Origin: Chrysomallon squamiferum | Lineage: Eukaryota > Animalia > Mollusca | Length of the DNA: 64,000 nucleotides | Assembly (NCBI GenBank): GCA_012295275.1 | Contig: CM022670.1 | Span: 22,816,001-22,880,000, forward strand | Reading direction: 5' to 3' | In this document: piece after piece, positions 12,301 through 27,900 of the stretch | How the letters are laid out: the number at the start of each line of letters is the position of its first letter | Numbering within the stretch: position 1 is the stretch's first letter | Translations under genes and position numbers: made by a program | The notes under the pieces: model-generated | Database searches by the model: none | Told to the model about the DNA's origin: nothing | Seen by the model: the letters and a program-made list of their open reading frames with translations, nothing else

Positions 12301-15300
12301 TCTGAAACTGAAAAAATGTAATTTAACACAAAATTTTTATATTTTATAGTTTAAAAGGAATGCAAAATTAACAAGTTTTCATATTTCATTTATGTTTTAT
12401 GTAAAAAAAATTCAATTTTATTATTTTTTATTTTAAACATAACCAAGATGTAAATAAAATAACTGATATTTTATGGGGTTTTTTTTCTGCCTGTAAAACA
12501 ATTTTTAAACAGGGTATTTCAGTTTGATTATTTGGTTTGTGATAATATATATAATAAATATTGAATATTCATAAGTAAACATTATTTTTAGATCTTGATC
12601 CAGGGAATGCTGGTCACACAAGATAATGTGAACACTTTTCTTGAAATCGTTCAGAAGGAATTAGCGGTTTTTGAACATGAACTGTCACACACTTTTACAA
12701 AAATACTTGACCTTTCTCAGATGGTATGTTTTTTTCTTTAATTTTTAAATTCTGTTTAGTAATGAAAATTAAAATGATTATAACATCCAAGCAAATTTTT
12801 AATCATCTACAACACTTACTTAAAATTGGACAAAAAAAGAAAGAAAAAGAAGAGACAATCCATTTTATATTTAATTAGCCTCTATAACATAGTCACTGCA
12901 TAATATGAACTACATTTTAGTGGCATTGTTTAAAAATTTAGTTGTTTTGCCTTAATTTAATTTGGCATTTGGTTAACTTTTTGAAATCTAGATACAATAC
13001 AGCAAAAAAAAGATAAATGTTTTTATTTTTCAGGAGAACATGAACTTTGTTGACACCACTGAGGATTCTGAAGACAGAACAGACATGATGAAAGAAGATT
13101 TGATATTTGGACCCGAGGCAGCCTTTGTCAACTTGCTGAGATATGGAATTCTGGCTCTGCAGTTATTACCTGAAAACTCCAGTGCTGGTACAAACTCACA
13201 GTGCTAAAATTATATTTTTATTTATTTTACTAATTTAGGAAGATTGAAACTGTTAATAAAAAAAACTTTGCCAAAATGGACACTGTCGTGACTGACTAAA
13301 ATGATCAGCTTGAAGCAGTATTCAGTTTTTTTCTTGAGGTTTTACATGTCAGTACTTGATAAATCATGCAAGTATGGAAATCATTTGGCACTGGGTGAAT
13401 TCTAGTTTAGTGAGGGTCTGGTTTTGATAAAAATATTTAGTATCTGATACATCATTTAATATTAATTTCAGCAATTGTTGTAATCTCTGATGGGATGGTG
13501 GCTCTGCCAGATGCCAGTTTGTTGGAGTCTTTGTTGTCTCAGCTTCGTAAGAGTACCATCGCCTGCTCATTCTTCAAGATCGGCAGTGAGGGTGCCTGTT
13601 GTCTGCATCATCAGTTTGGTCATGTCCCACACATTCAGTTGATGCAGTTCATAGCAACAGCTACTTTTGGAGCTTATTTTGGTACCCTGCCCACATTGGT
13701 AAACAATTTTTAAATGGATTTATTTGATAATTATGACAGTTCTGAAAAGTATTGAATTAAAATGTCTATATTAAGTACAGAAATGATTTTTCTGGTGAGC
13801 ATTATTTTCAAAGCAGATATTTTCTTTAATTAATATCTAAAGTTACATGAACAGCTGTTATTAAATTTAAATTTATTCTTTTATTTGCTGAGAAATTTTC
13901 AGTAAATTCAGATTATTTTAATATTTTGTATTAGCTGATTTTTTGTGGATGTAATAACAAGGGAGATAAGCTGTTTGATCATGTATTACTATTTAAAATC
14001 TTTAATGACTTCTAAACTAACTTTGTTGTACTGTTGCCAATCCAATTTTATTACTTTACCCACATATTAAATTTCTCCTGTTGTTAAAATTTGCAGGAAC
14101 CAAATGATAGCATGGAACCCAATGTGTATCATAAAGCAATGTATTTTTGGAATTTTCAAAAAGGACTTGAAGGATTTAAGTATGAACTGACATACCAAAG
14201 TGACAAAGATGTACCAGGATCACTTGCATGGATTCACAGGTTAAAAGTTTTCTTAAAGCTCATTTTTAATTCTAAAATTACTTCTGTTCATATGTCTCTG
14301 AAGAATGGTCTTTAGCATTTGTCTTTAGCAGTTAGCAGAGCCATAGAACAAGCTTTGGAATTTTTTATTTCAGTGACAATTTCTTTGTTTTAATACAAGG
14401 TAATGATTTATGGTCAGATCAGTTTTCCAGTATTTTTGCATTACAGAGAAGTAAAAATGTCAATGGAAAATAATGTGGATATTGTTTTTAAAAGTATTTT
14501 TTCACTCTGGTCAATTTTAGTAGTGAATAGAAAAACAAGACATATTTATACATACTTATTTTAATTAACTTTTATATAACTTAATGATTCAATTCAAAAT
14601 ACACCTCATTACTGGTATTTTGTTTCCTGACTGTCTTCAATGCAGACTACTCTACAGTCACCCTCTAGAACGTAGAAGTTTTGTGGCAGATCAAGTGAGG
14701 AAAAAACACTTGGAGAAAGTTGTTCCAGCTAACATGGCCAGTGTACTGTGGGTTCGATTAAGAGAAGGCTACACTATTAAAGAAATTGCTGTCACCAAAG
14801 GTTAGTTTTGTTTTACCTTTTAAAATTTAGTTTCAAGCTTGTGTGTAGTTTTCTAAATATTAATACTTTTATGAAGTGGATTTTTAACATCTTCTGTTCA
14901 CATATTTTTTTCTTGTGAGTGGTTGTTTATTAAACATTGTAAGTTCTGTAGGAACTGAATTCAAGTTATTTTGATACTGAAAACAGTGTTTATTGTTATT
15001 CAGATGGAACTCAGCTGGAGGTGAAACTTGTGTTGCCATGGAGAGATTACACCAGAATAGAATATTGTGCAGTGTCTGCCTGGCCACTCAACAATAACCA
15101 GTAAGCTCAAACAGTATAACTTAAAGTTTTTGTTTTCTCTTTTCCTGTTACAGATTTTATTTTTCTTTAACCTGTTTGCTTTATTTCTAAAAAAAAGTAT
15201 ATAAACAAAAAAATCTGTTGATACACATAAAATGATGAATATTATTGTAAAATTTATTTTTAAAAATGAAAATGATTAACTTAAAGGTAGCAGATAATAT

Positions 15301-17346
15301 TTTTTAAAGTTGTTGAAATAAAGGATAACAGTATTACAATTTTAACAAAATGTTGCTGTCATATCTTACACTCTTAAATCTTTAGAAACAGCAATTTGGT
15401 GAAACTGATGAATATTAGATTGCATATGTAATAATTAAATTTTTATACTTTTGTTTTTAACAGTCAGGAGACTTCAATCGAAATCTGGGTGGAAGGAAAT
15501 TATGAGTTCCTTCATGAAATAACATGTGCTAAACAGAATGTCTTCAAAAGTCCTTACAGAACCATCAACGTGAAGAGATTCTGGCAGACTCTACAAGGGT
15601 TTGTTAATCCTACACTTCAGTTCAAATACATCTTCATCATACATTTTACTTTGTTTTAGTTACTGCTTTTGATATGGATTTATAACAAATTAAATAAGTG
15701 TACCAAAGCACATACATAAGAGAAAGAGAAACAAAGTTAGATAAACCTAAGATTTAAATCTGTGATAATTTATCATGTACATCTAATTTTCAGGTTTTTA
15801 GATGATACAGTATAACAAAAGAAAGATTTATTGGTTGTAGTTTCATCCTCTCATGTACCATTGGAAATTGCTATCACAGATTTCACTTTTTCTGCATCTA
15901 CACTGAATTATAACAGAATCCCTAATATATTTTATCATGTTTTCATTGGTCAAGTATGATGATACATAATATACATTAAAAACTCTACTATTAGATATTG
16001 ATAACCATCTCATTGGTGAGACTTTATTAGGTAAAACCTTTAATGATTTTAAAAATCACGAAGAAGTAAAATTAAGCAATTTAAACATTTGAATTTGACA
16101 TCATTTTAAAAATTGTTTGAAAATGGATTTGTTTTCACATTGCTTTGTTTTTGTTTTGATATTTATGACAAATACACTTTCTCTGTTTTACAGCATCCTT
16201 GAAACAGATCAGCTGCTGGCTCATTTACAGTCTTTCTTTACAACCCCAGTTTACTACAAGATACCAGAGAGCATAAAGATTGGAATCCCTCTTTTTTATC
16301 TGCCACAGAACTCACAGACACCCGCCCTTAACTCACAACTTAGTACAAAGTAATAATTCAGTTTATTCAATTTTTATTCAAAGAAAATTTAAATTTTTTT
16401 AAATTTTATTATTATCATTTTTTTTAATCAGTTTCTTTGCCTAAATAAAAATTAGTAATTTGAAATAAATTTTTAAATTTGGCTAAAAGTCTAATTTTGT
16501 GTTTTGTAATTATCATTCTTTCTGAATTATGTGGCTGTAAAAGAATAAAACTGATACATCAAGGGAGTTAACTATTATTATTTTTGTTTTTAAATACCCA
16601 TTGAAAAACCAAATGTCAAGATATTTAATACTAAAATGTTGGGTACCTTAAGATGGCTTAAGATGCAGTTATTGTCAAAAATGTTTAACTGTTTCAAAAC
16701 AGATGTCATCTCTAAACATTTTCATTTAAACAATTCTTGGCCATTATGATGACTTAAGCTGTTACTTCACTGATTGTGTTTAGATCAACTGTTTATATGG
16801 GATGTTTGTATAACATGTATTTTGATCTTTGATATCACCTGTTTTTAAAACATGGAATTTGTAGATAATGCATACATAATAAATGATTTATGAAAAGATG
16901 ATGTTATGTTTTATTTTTTTCACGTTAGATCTTAAAATTAACTTCTTTTCTTTCACCAGAGATAGTGTCCTTGCTCAGTTTGCATCTTTCTGGAAACCTG
17001 TCATTATGTTGGATACAAATATCTGGTGAGTTGCTTTTCTGAAAATGATTTCTCTTTCATTTTGTATAATGTAATTTTTTGAAAATAATCTCACTTTCTA
17101 GTATGATTGTGATTTTATTTTTATTTTTGCTAATTTTAATTTTCTTTGCATTATTTTTATTATGTTTTTTAATACATTATGATGTATATATTTTATTTGT
17201 TTGTTTGTTTGTTTTATTATTATTATTTTTTTTTTTTATTATTTATTAATTTATTTAAGTTTATTATTTTTATTTATTTTTATATATATATATATATATA
17301 TACATATGTATATTTTATATATATATATATATATATATTATATTTA

Positions 17347-17381
<35 letters not shown>

Positions 17382-20300
17382 ATTTTTTTAATTTATTTTC
17401 CAGGCAGAAATGGATGCACACACACAGGATTGGGTTAGTGCTGGAACATGACATGCCTCTGCCCAAGTATCTTCACATTCCTAATTCCAGTGGTCGATTT
17501 AACAACATACAGTGTCGCCAGGCTCTGGCATCGCTCAACCATGCACTGAGAAACTGGAGTACATTTGTACTGATGGAAAACCACACCTACATTAAACTGC
17601 TGTTTGGGTAACAAAAAATGATTATTTCATTTCAATATATCAGAGAAATGGTTTCATAGTTATAAAAAAAATGCCCTGTATTGAAGGGAATTTTAATTTA
17701 AAAACTTTTCGGTACATATTCAGGATGTTAAAAATAATCAACATTAAAACTAAAATAAAAACAATTCGAGAAATTTAAAAACAAAATGTATTTTCAACAT
17801 AGCAAAACATTCAAATACAGATAATTTTTAGGGGCATATTAAGTTCATAATATAATTTTGCCAATGTAAGAAGCAATGTTCTTTCATTTTATAACATGAT
17901 GCATAATCTGAAAAATGTCATATACACATTTTTAAATTTTTTATATCTGGTGAATATATGAAACAAATTCATATTTCACATATAATGACAAACATATTGT
18001 TTTTTTTAAATATCTTTTTTTATTTAGTGAGACTGACAAACCACCAACGTCTTTCTGCGTTCTGCGGGTCACGTCAAAACCTCCATCCATGGTCCTGCGT
18101 CTGGCCTTTCTCAGTGGCACCCCAGCAGCAGTCAGAGAAAAACACATTAAACAGCTGCAGGGTGAAATACAAAATCTTAAATTCCCTCCCAGAGGCCCAC
18201 AGAAAACGGACAAGACGAAGCATTCCCCTGACGTGAAGTCTGAGAGTTCTCCAGTGAGGAAGCCGCCACTGCTGAGAGATTGGTCAGAGATTCACTGCTG
18301 CACTGTTCTAGTGAAACCAGTTGAAAAAATATTCATCAGGTTTTTGTCTTGACTCATCCAGTACACAAATAATATAATTATTGCTGAAGGCTTGAAAACA
18401 ATATTGGTTTTATTTTCAGTGTCAATGCTTCATGTGTGTATATATAAATTTAAAATAATTTAGTACTTTTCTTTTCTTTTGCTGTGTGTGTGTGTGTGTG
18501 TGTGTATTATCATTAATCTCCTTCATTTAACTCATTGATTCTGGCATAACTTTGAACATTCATTCTTCTATTTAATTTGCTTAAGATAATTGTAACAATT
18601 TGGTTAAGTTTTGTGAAAAATACAAACAGAATTCCTATTCTTTATATTTTAAAAAAAATGTGTGTAAAACCTTTTTTAAGTAAATGTTAATGAAAGCATT
18701 TTGGAAAGGCAGCTTTTATTTTAATAGTTTACATGCAACATTTATATTTAATACCTTAGAAAATAAAAATAAAATTACAATTAGTAAAATAAAACATGTA
18801 AAATAAAGTTATTTACTGGATCATGTTGCACTGTTTTATCATAGACTTTACAGAAAGTTTCTTGTTTAAAAAAAGTAGATATAAAAAAAATGATTGCTGT
18901 TAATCAGCAAACATTGCTGATAGAATGGTAGATGCAGATTCATATAAAAAATAGCATATCTGTCACTTAAAATGTTTCACACAAACTGTGTTGAGATGTT
19001 AAATAAAAGTTTTTATTTCACAGATATGTACGTCAGCCAAGGGACGTGCTTGTTCTGGATGATCCAAACAAAGATGCTCCAGTCCTGGGACACCATACTT
19101 TCATGCAGATCAAGAGTTCGAGCAAGTCAGCGGCCAGTATGTTCAACATGCTGTCCTGTTACCTGAACCACCAGCGCTGGGTCTGGTCAGTGCAGAACTC
19201 CAGGAGTACAATCAACATGAACGCAATCGGCCGTGTTCTAATGACTCTTGCCAAGTAACTGTTTTTATATACATCATTGACCCGCACAGTTAACTAATTA
19301 GCAAAAACAAATGAACAAAAGAAAATTGCATTCAAATTATAATGCTAATAGCATTTTTCATAGCTATTTTAACTCTTACATGTTTTCAACAATATTCATT
19401 TGTACGTTTAAGTAAATGTATTTTAATATTTTTGATGCAATAGAATTTGTTAGATTAAAATTTCCCAAAAAATGTCATCTGCAACTCTTTTAAGAAATGA
19501 TGTTTTCTATATTATTTAATTTACTTTATCCTTCTTACTAAACAACAATATATTATTTTTTTTTTTCTCTTTTGCACTCATTTTTATTATTTTTTTTTTT
19601 ATTTTTTAAAATGCAAGTACAGAATCATTTATTCTTGTTTCTCTCTGATTTTTTTCATGAAGAATTCGTGTTCAGGAAGGATTTCACTTTGCTATCACAA
19701 AATCGGGCATTGTCAATATGGTTCTGGAAGTGGACATGAGGGTAGGTAGATCTTATTGAGAACTTGCTAAATAATCATTCTGTTAGTTAATAATATGAAG
19801 TGTAGTTAACAGTTCTTGCAATAAAATTTCTTTCATTCTTCTTCTTATAAAACAGTTTTCCTATAACTATCACCTCTTTAAAGATTTTATGTGTTTTTCT
19901 CTGTCTGCAGTAGATAAATCAGTAAGAATAATCTCTGGGTAGTGCTGTTATTACAGAATGTTTGAAACCTGATATACTCATAGATATAGAAATATAACAA
20001 AGTTTGAAAAAAGAAATGTGCATTACATGATTTTCTTTGAACAATAAAAATGGTACTAACATTATACTGACAAAATACTTTATTTGTAACCTTGTATAAA
20101 AATTTTGGTTATTTCCATATTTTACTTACTCTAAGAAAGTCTATTTTAATTTTTTAACTCTTTATTTTATGCAACAATGTAATCTTCAGAAATTTTTTTT
20201 TCAAAAAATTATATATTACTAAAACTTATTTTCTTTTACATTGATTTCTTTCTTATAAAGAAAACTTAGCAAATCATGGATGTTCATTTTTCCAGGTATT

Positions 20301-21057
20301 TTTTGTAATTTATTTTTATAAATTTTAGTATCCAGAAGATGAAGAAAAGACAGAAGATGACGAGAGTTATGAGAACAAAACGTGTGTGATTCAGTACATT
20401 ATCTTTCCTCCTTACAACAAAACCAGTCGCAGCAGGTTTGTGTTTTTATTACTTTACTTACTGGAACAAATTCATTATAAAACTACAGTGGTTTAGAAGA
20501 GTGTTTAAAAGCTACTGTGGTTTAGAAAGTATTAAAATCATCAGTATGGCCAACATAAATTCATACTACTTAAAAGGATAAGTTTGAAACTTGAAATCAG
20601 AAGTAAATTTATGAAGTTTTAAAGATATCAACAGGTTTTTATAATATATAATATTTTTATTTATTATTATTCTTATTATTAATTTTTTTTTTCAATTTTC
20701 AATTATTTTTTTTTTTTTTTCAAATTACTCCAGTAATTTTTGTTATATTGGAATAACATTAGCATTTAGTGAAAAAATTAAATAATGTAGGTTTGTAATT
20801 ACTATGTTTATTAATCTGTTATTTGTATAATATTTTCTCTTCAGGTCATGCATGCTGTATTTTGTGATGTTGCTAAAATAATATTTGTATTTAGTGTGTC
20901 GGAGGAGGACTTGGATGAAATGGAAACGACAGAAGCTGATGGAGAACTGCAGATTGTCACTGAATGTTGGGTGGAGCCTCAGTTTGGTATTTCTATCAAC
21001 AACACACCTGAAAGAAAACACCTCGATGGACTCAACTATCAGGAAATATCTAAAGCT
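8920..21057 (+). CDS. SZT2: SZT2 coding exons 1-20
   Basis: Exons: 8920-8952 (MEHPDDGTENW; start codon inferred), 10574-10696, 11021-11197, 11843-11920, 12184-12276, 12592-12723, 13034-13187, 13472-13698, 14097-14239, 14646-14800, 15004-15100, 15464-15598, 16194-16349, 16960-17025, 17404-17607, 18028-18339, 19024-19254, 19663-19741, 20329-20435, 20895-21057. All splice phases are consistent. Confidence 0.92.
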
Positions 21058-22762
21058 GTGAGTTTTTGTTTTTTAAATTATTATCGAAGAGCTCTTTTCC
21101 TAAATGCCTTCAGTCACATTCAACAAATTAAAACAAAAATTAATAAAAACAAATGCACTAAATATATAACATATAATAAGTCTGGTTCTGTTTTAATAAA
21201 TGTATCCTGGAACATTGGCATACAAATATTAGTGATTTTTGGTGATCTGATAAAAATTAAATTATGTAAAAATGGAACTGATGGCCTTTTAGAAAAGATC
21301 TCCTCTTCAGTTATTTTGTTTTCTATTTTACTGTGTTTGACAGTAACAGCAGCAGTTGATTTTGTTTTTATAAAATCTGGAGTCATTCATTTGTTCATTC
21401 TTTCCTCCATTTGCTAATTCATTCATTCATTCTCTTGATTATATATTCCTGTTGTTATTAAAAGGTAAAAAACAATATAAAACAAAATAAACGAGAAGAA
21501 TAAAAAGAAGAATGAAAGCCAAGTGTTAACTTAATTTTGTAGATGACAAGAAGTCATGTAACAGAAGAATAAATATATAAGAAAATAGACAAACAAACAA
21601 AATTCCTAACCAGACAAAAACAAAAACAACTAAAAAAATCACACACACAAAACAAAATAATGAAAAAAAAAAAATATATATATAATAATAGTAATTTAAA
21701 AAAAATTAACAAATAAAACCCCAACCAAATAAATAACAAAAAGAACAGGGTCTTGCTAATCAATCAGTCAACAACAATAATAAGAACAAAAAACCCAACA
21801 AAAACAACAACAAAAAGCTCAAACAAATGAAAAAAAAAAAAAAAAAAAAAAAAAAATCTAGGACATCAGTTTTAATGTGCCAGGAATCATGGACATCTGA
21901 ATGTTTATTATTAATAATAAAAATTACATTTGATATTTCATTAAAATAAAATATTTATATATTTTCACCTTTCTTCATTGATGAAGAAAAGAAAAAGATA
22001 AAACTGTAGGACAAACAATGCTTTAAAGTTTAATTTAAATTTTCATTCAGTGGTACTGAGAATCTCATTTGGATTTACAGAACTTTGAAATACAAAAAAT
22101 CCTGCCAGTGAATTTTTTTTATTTGTTAGAATTAGTTGATATATTTATTATTATTATTTTTTTTACATTTATTTGTCAGTAGACAGTTATTTAATATAAT
22201 GTTTTTCATAAAAAGATAAAACCACAAACAAATTCAGAGTGTGTTTGCCTTGAAATTGATAATAAATAACTTGTATATTAAATATTAAGACAACTAACAG
22301 TACATTTTGTGCTATTTAATGTATCTGGGTTAACCAGTGTTGACTTAGTCAGTATTGAGTTTGTCTTTGCCTAACTGATAAAAGCTTAATGGTACACATT
22401 TAGAAATAAAGGAATTTACAAACCAACAAACAGGAATATGTATTGTCACACTGTGTGTGTGTGTGTGGCTGTATGTGTTTGTGAGTGTATATGTGTATGT
22501 CTGTGTGTGTGTCTGTATGTGTGTCTGTGTGTGTGCATGTATGTGCATGCGTGCGTGTGTCAGTGTGGGTGTGCTGCATATATAAATCAGCAATTAAATA
22601 ATGATATTTTGTGTGGTCAGGAAACTGGCTCTAGTAGATCTGCATTTTGTTCACACAATATAAATTGATGCAGGGTAAAAAAATAAAACAAACATGAAAC
22701 ATTTGTTTTAACATGCACTGAATTAATGATAAATATAATAATAATAAATAAAATAATAATAA

Positions 22763-22816
<54 letters not shown>

Positions 22817-24529
22817 CATTTCTGTTAACATGAAATGTTCTTGTTGTGACTGGTTTTTGGGGGCCTGTCTCCTGACTTGCAGTAATCTAGCTATTGTTTG
22901 TGTAATCCGCAGTCACACGACTTTAAAACTGAACTTTGGCAAGACAGCCAGATAGCTATTCTTATTAACTATTGTGCAAGATGAAGAAGTTTATCTTTTT
23001 ATTTGTCACAACAAGCACGCAGATAACTCTCATCTCTTTCTGATGTCTGATCATGTTCAGTTATCAGTCTTAAACTTGTCTCTTTGTTCCAGTAAAAAGT
23101 CACATATGGTAGAATGAGATAACAAGTTCTTATTATTTTTGGATTAGCATATTTTTTTCTCCCTTAAAGTGTAAATGATTAATCTTAAGCAACATTAACA
23201 TATACAGAATTGTAAATATTTTAGTTAAATACTTTACTGCTATATTCAAGATAATCAGTTAAATATTATCACTTAATTAAGCAGTTGAATAGTTTAAGGT
23301 GTAAATGAATGTATGATTAACAAAAGTTTAAGGAAAAACTTAATTTGTGCAGTTTTTGTCTAGCAAATAAAACAAAAATGGACATGTTATTACTGTTTGA
23401 ACATTTATGACTGATATTGAATCTATAAATGGAGCTATTATTTATCATTCAGTAGCATCATCTCCAGATGTTCAATAAAACAAGACAATTCATGATCATC
23501 AGTTGAAATATGATGAAATATCTTTTTATCATATCTTATGTACATCAATCTAACAAACTGAGTGAACAGTTATTTGTTTTGTGAATTGTAAACATGAGCA
23601 CTTCAGTTAAATCATGACTTTCAATAATTTATTTAAATTTAGTGTTAATCAAGGTTACATTTAGATTACAAATCTTTAATAGAACTGTACAATATTTTTT
23701 TTTAATTCCTGTTAACTGAGAAAATGTATATGAAATACCCAACAACAAAGAAATACCAAATATGCTTTTACCTTTTTTTTGTTTATGTTTATATATAAAA
23801 ATATATCTCATAATTCTTTTTTTCTTTAATTTCATTATTTTAAAATTATTATCACTAGATATCATTTCTAATGTTTTGACACACCTGCACATGCACACAC
23901 ACACACACACAGACACACACGCACACACAAGATAAAACATACATGTTTAAGAACAATCAAGACAGAATTAAAGATATAAACTATTTTATCATCTTCCTTC
24001 ACAACTAGGCAAGCTGAACTGTGGATTAGGTGACCTGTAGATAAATTCTGATGATAATTGTTTGTTAAAAGTAACTAACAAAATACTTGAGTAAGGTGAT
24101 GCTATTATCTTATCTTGTCTGACAAACTGTACCTTGGCTCTACGGACTTGAAATCTTAAATTGTTGTTAAGATAAACCAGTATACAAATTCTACATGGAT
24201 CTAAGAAAAGGGATAACATCATTGTTCAATAGGTAATCCACACAATAAAGAAAATGATCACAGTAAAAAAATACTGTTTGGCAGAAATGGCTGTAGAAGG
24301 TTTGCATTGTAATAAAAAAAACAAAAAATAAAGTAAAATAAAATACAATCATACTAGTATAAATCACAGACAAGAATTAAATGTTGTTGAGGCTTTACAA
24401 CTCTGTGGCAGTCCATAAACATTGTTGGTTGCTGCTGGCAATAGCACTAATTGTATGTTTGCATGATAATTGTAGTTAAGGAAAAAAAATGAAAATGACA
24501 TAAAAATTATATTTTGGGTTTCTACATAA

Positions 24530-24565
<36 letters not shown>

Positions 24566-24704
24566 TAATTTCAAAAAAAAAGAAGAAGTAAACTTCATTT
24601 TATTATAAAGATTTGATACTTGGTGTTGATTTTTAGCTGGTGTATTGCAGTGCTGGGAAATAATATACTGCACTGGCTGTATAAAAATGATAAATGAATA
24701 TTGT

Positions 24705-24764
<60 letters not shown>

Positions 24765-24953
24765 TTTTTTTGCAAAAAAGAAGAGAAAAAAAAATAGAAG
24801 AAAGAAAAAAAAAAAAAAAAAAAAAAGAATAAATAAATAATATAAAATAAAAATTTCATAATAGTCTTGGTAGATCTTTATGTGAAAGAAGACTGTATAA
24901 CAGTCTTGCCAAAAAGACAATTTATTTCATTTCATTTAGTGACAATGCTGCAT

Positions 24954-24992
<39 letters not shown>

Positions 24993-27900
24993 CATATACA
25001 GAGAGAAAGAGACATGTAGATATATGTATATATGTGTATGCATTTTGTAAGAGTTGTTCTCTGGCACAGAGAAAATGATTTTTAATTATTCACACATCAG
25101 ATCAGTTTTATGTCAGTTGCATATATCTTGTCAGTAACATTATAACACAGTTTTACATGATGAACTTGTCTGTCTGTTCTTGATGTGGCAAAACCTAGTC
25201 TGTTTCTGTGTTATTTTCAAAAATAATTAATGTAGTCAATTGTAATAAACAATAATAATTATTTGTAAGTCTTTTTTCTTTTTTCCTTGAGTGTTTTGTA
25301 ACATTTTTTATAATGGTTTTATTCCTACCAAATTATGAAACTTACTGAGATAAATGTTTGTTTTTTAATTATTAATTCAGTTTACCATTTAACCAAGTTA
25401 TTTCTGGTAAATAATATGAAATAAGAAAATGTATACTAATTGATAATATTTTCATTCAGTGTAGTACATCAGTAAAATATTGACTGTTTGTACATTCTTG
25501 TTTTTTAATTATTAATTCAGTTTTAACCTTTTTTCTTAAAAGACAATGAATTCAGCATTCAGGTCTTTAAACATATGGAATAATTTATAAATGAAATCGT
25601 AAAAAATGGAAAAATATTCTTACAATATTTTGAGCATAGACTCTCTTATTAAAAATATGATTTGCAGATGTGTATTTGTGATTGTGTTTGTCATAGCATA
25701 TGTGATGGACATGTTGGTCTGTTCTAGTTTTAAAACAAAAAGTAGGACAAAATCATACATAACATCTGGAATCTAACCACATCTGTACTATGAGATGAAT
25801 AATAATAAGAGGCATTGAAAATGTGTGTTTAAAAAAAATCAACGTTAAAAAAAAATCTTGAAAGTTGGTATGATAATTTAATTTAGAATTTGATTTTTTA
25901 TTATTATTTTTTTTTTAACTAACAGGTTTGTGATATATCTATCTATATATGTGTGTTTGTGAGAGAAAAGAGAGAAACATAATGAGTTCATAACATTTGT
26001 GAATTTTGTGAGGTAATACAAAATACAAGGTTTACTTTTATATAGATTGTTGTGAAGTGTTAGAAATTTAATTACTGTCTATACTAACTTCAACAGTTCT
26101 AGCAATATTCTTTCTTTGGAAGTCAGTCAAAACCATGAGTTTGTATGTCGTGTCTTGTTCACAAGGTATTGAGATGTTTGTCCTAAAATTAAGTCAAATA
26201 TGAGTGGTTTTACTTAAAACAAACATTACCAGATAGAAATACTATAGCTGGTGCATTATCAAACCCAGTTTAATTTCTGATGTGCTGACCTCACTACATT
26301 TGTATATTGTCAGTTTTATATTCCAAGCATTAAAGTAACTTTACCTCACATGACTCAGTAAAATATTTATTTTTCAAAAATTTTAATTCAGAGCTATTGA
26401 ATATCTGTTTACTAAATTATTATTATTTTTAAAAGATGATTATTATTATTATTATTTTTTTAAATTCTTAATTTGTTTTGTTATTTAATTTTTTTATTAT
26501 TTTTGGTTATTTGATTTCTTAATTATTTATTTATTTATATTTTTATAAAATATTTTCTCTGTTATTTGAAACTTAAAGTGATAAGTTACATAGGCAGGTT
26601 TTCAGTAACACTTTAAAGTAATAAATTATGATACAGCTGTATTTTCTTTGCTGATTTTGTAAATCAGCTATTTTTCAAGACTTTACATACATATCAAATA
26701 AAAAAATCCTTTACCTGTAATACTGTTTACATTTTTTATATATATTAGACTGTTTGTTAATATTTGTACTTTCAGTAGACCAGTTAACATTTTTACTTAT
26801 AAATATTAGATCATAGGTTAACATTTTTACTTGTATTAGATTGTTTGTGTACATTTTTACTTATGTTAAACTATTGATTAACATTTTTGCTTGTATTAAA
26901 TTATTTGTTAGCATTTGTACTTACATTGGATAACATTTTTACTTATAAGTATTAGACTTTTGGTTCACATTTTTACTTGTGTTAAACCTGGTTAATATTT
27001 TTACTTGTATTAAACTTTTGGTTAATATTTTTTTTTTACTAATATTAGACTACTGATTAACATTTTTGCTTGTATTTAAATATTTATTTAGACTCTTACT
27101 TCTGATATTTTTTTATTTTTTTAAATTTTTTTTAATCATTTTTTACAGTGGGTCTATAATGTATATGAAAGTATTAAACAAGAAAATTGTTTTATGACCT
27201 TAACTTAACAATCTTGAAGTGAGATAGATGTTTCAGTTTGAACAGTGTACAGGTGAACACACTGCTGAAATTCTCATAACTTCTTATCTTCTGACGAGTG
27301 TTAGAGTGTCTTATGAATTGTCTAGGTACAAAGAAGGTTCGGGTTCATAGTTTTTGATGTTTATTGATTTTGAGACTGTTTGAGAAAACTTTCACAGACA
27401 AATATATGTCAACTCAAGAGAAGATATGTGTGGTAGTGTCTTGGTAGGTAGATGTTTAGGAAGCAGTGTATTTGGTGATTTGTGTGACAAGATCTGACGA
27501 TGACAGGGCTACAGTAGTAACAAGAACAGCACAGTTAAGTGTAGAGTTAACAGAGAGGCTTGTCAAAGCTGCAACTTGTATTGATAATCTATTTACTTTG
27601 ACCAACAGTTTATTTCTTTGTTATATCTGATATATGACACTGCCTTGTCTAACTAATTTTGCTGACATTTTTTATACAGAAGTTAAAGTATTCTTTTGTT
27701 AAATTTTGATTTCCGTGCAAGAACTGTTAACAAATGTAACATTACTGGAGGTGTGTTTCTCATGTGATCTGTTGTTTTCTTAGATCTAGGTGTTCTTTAC
27801 TCTTGTATCTTACTTACCTGTAACATTATCTGCCCCGCCTACCTGCTGATAAGTGGCACAGACCACACGGTCCCTTGATAATAATAGGTCAGACTAGTGT

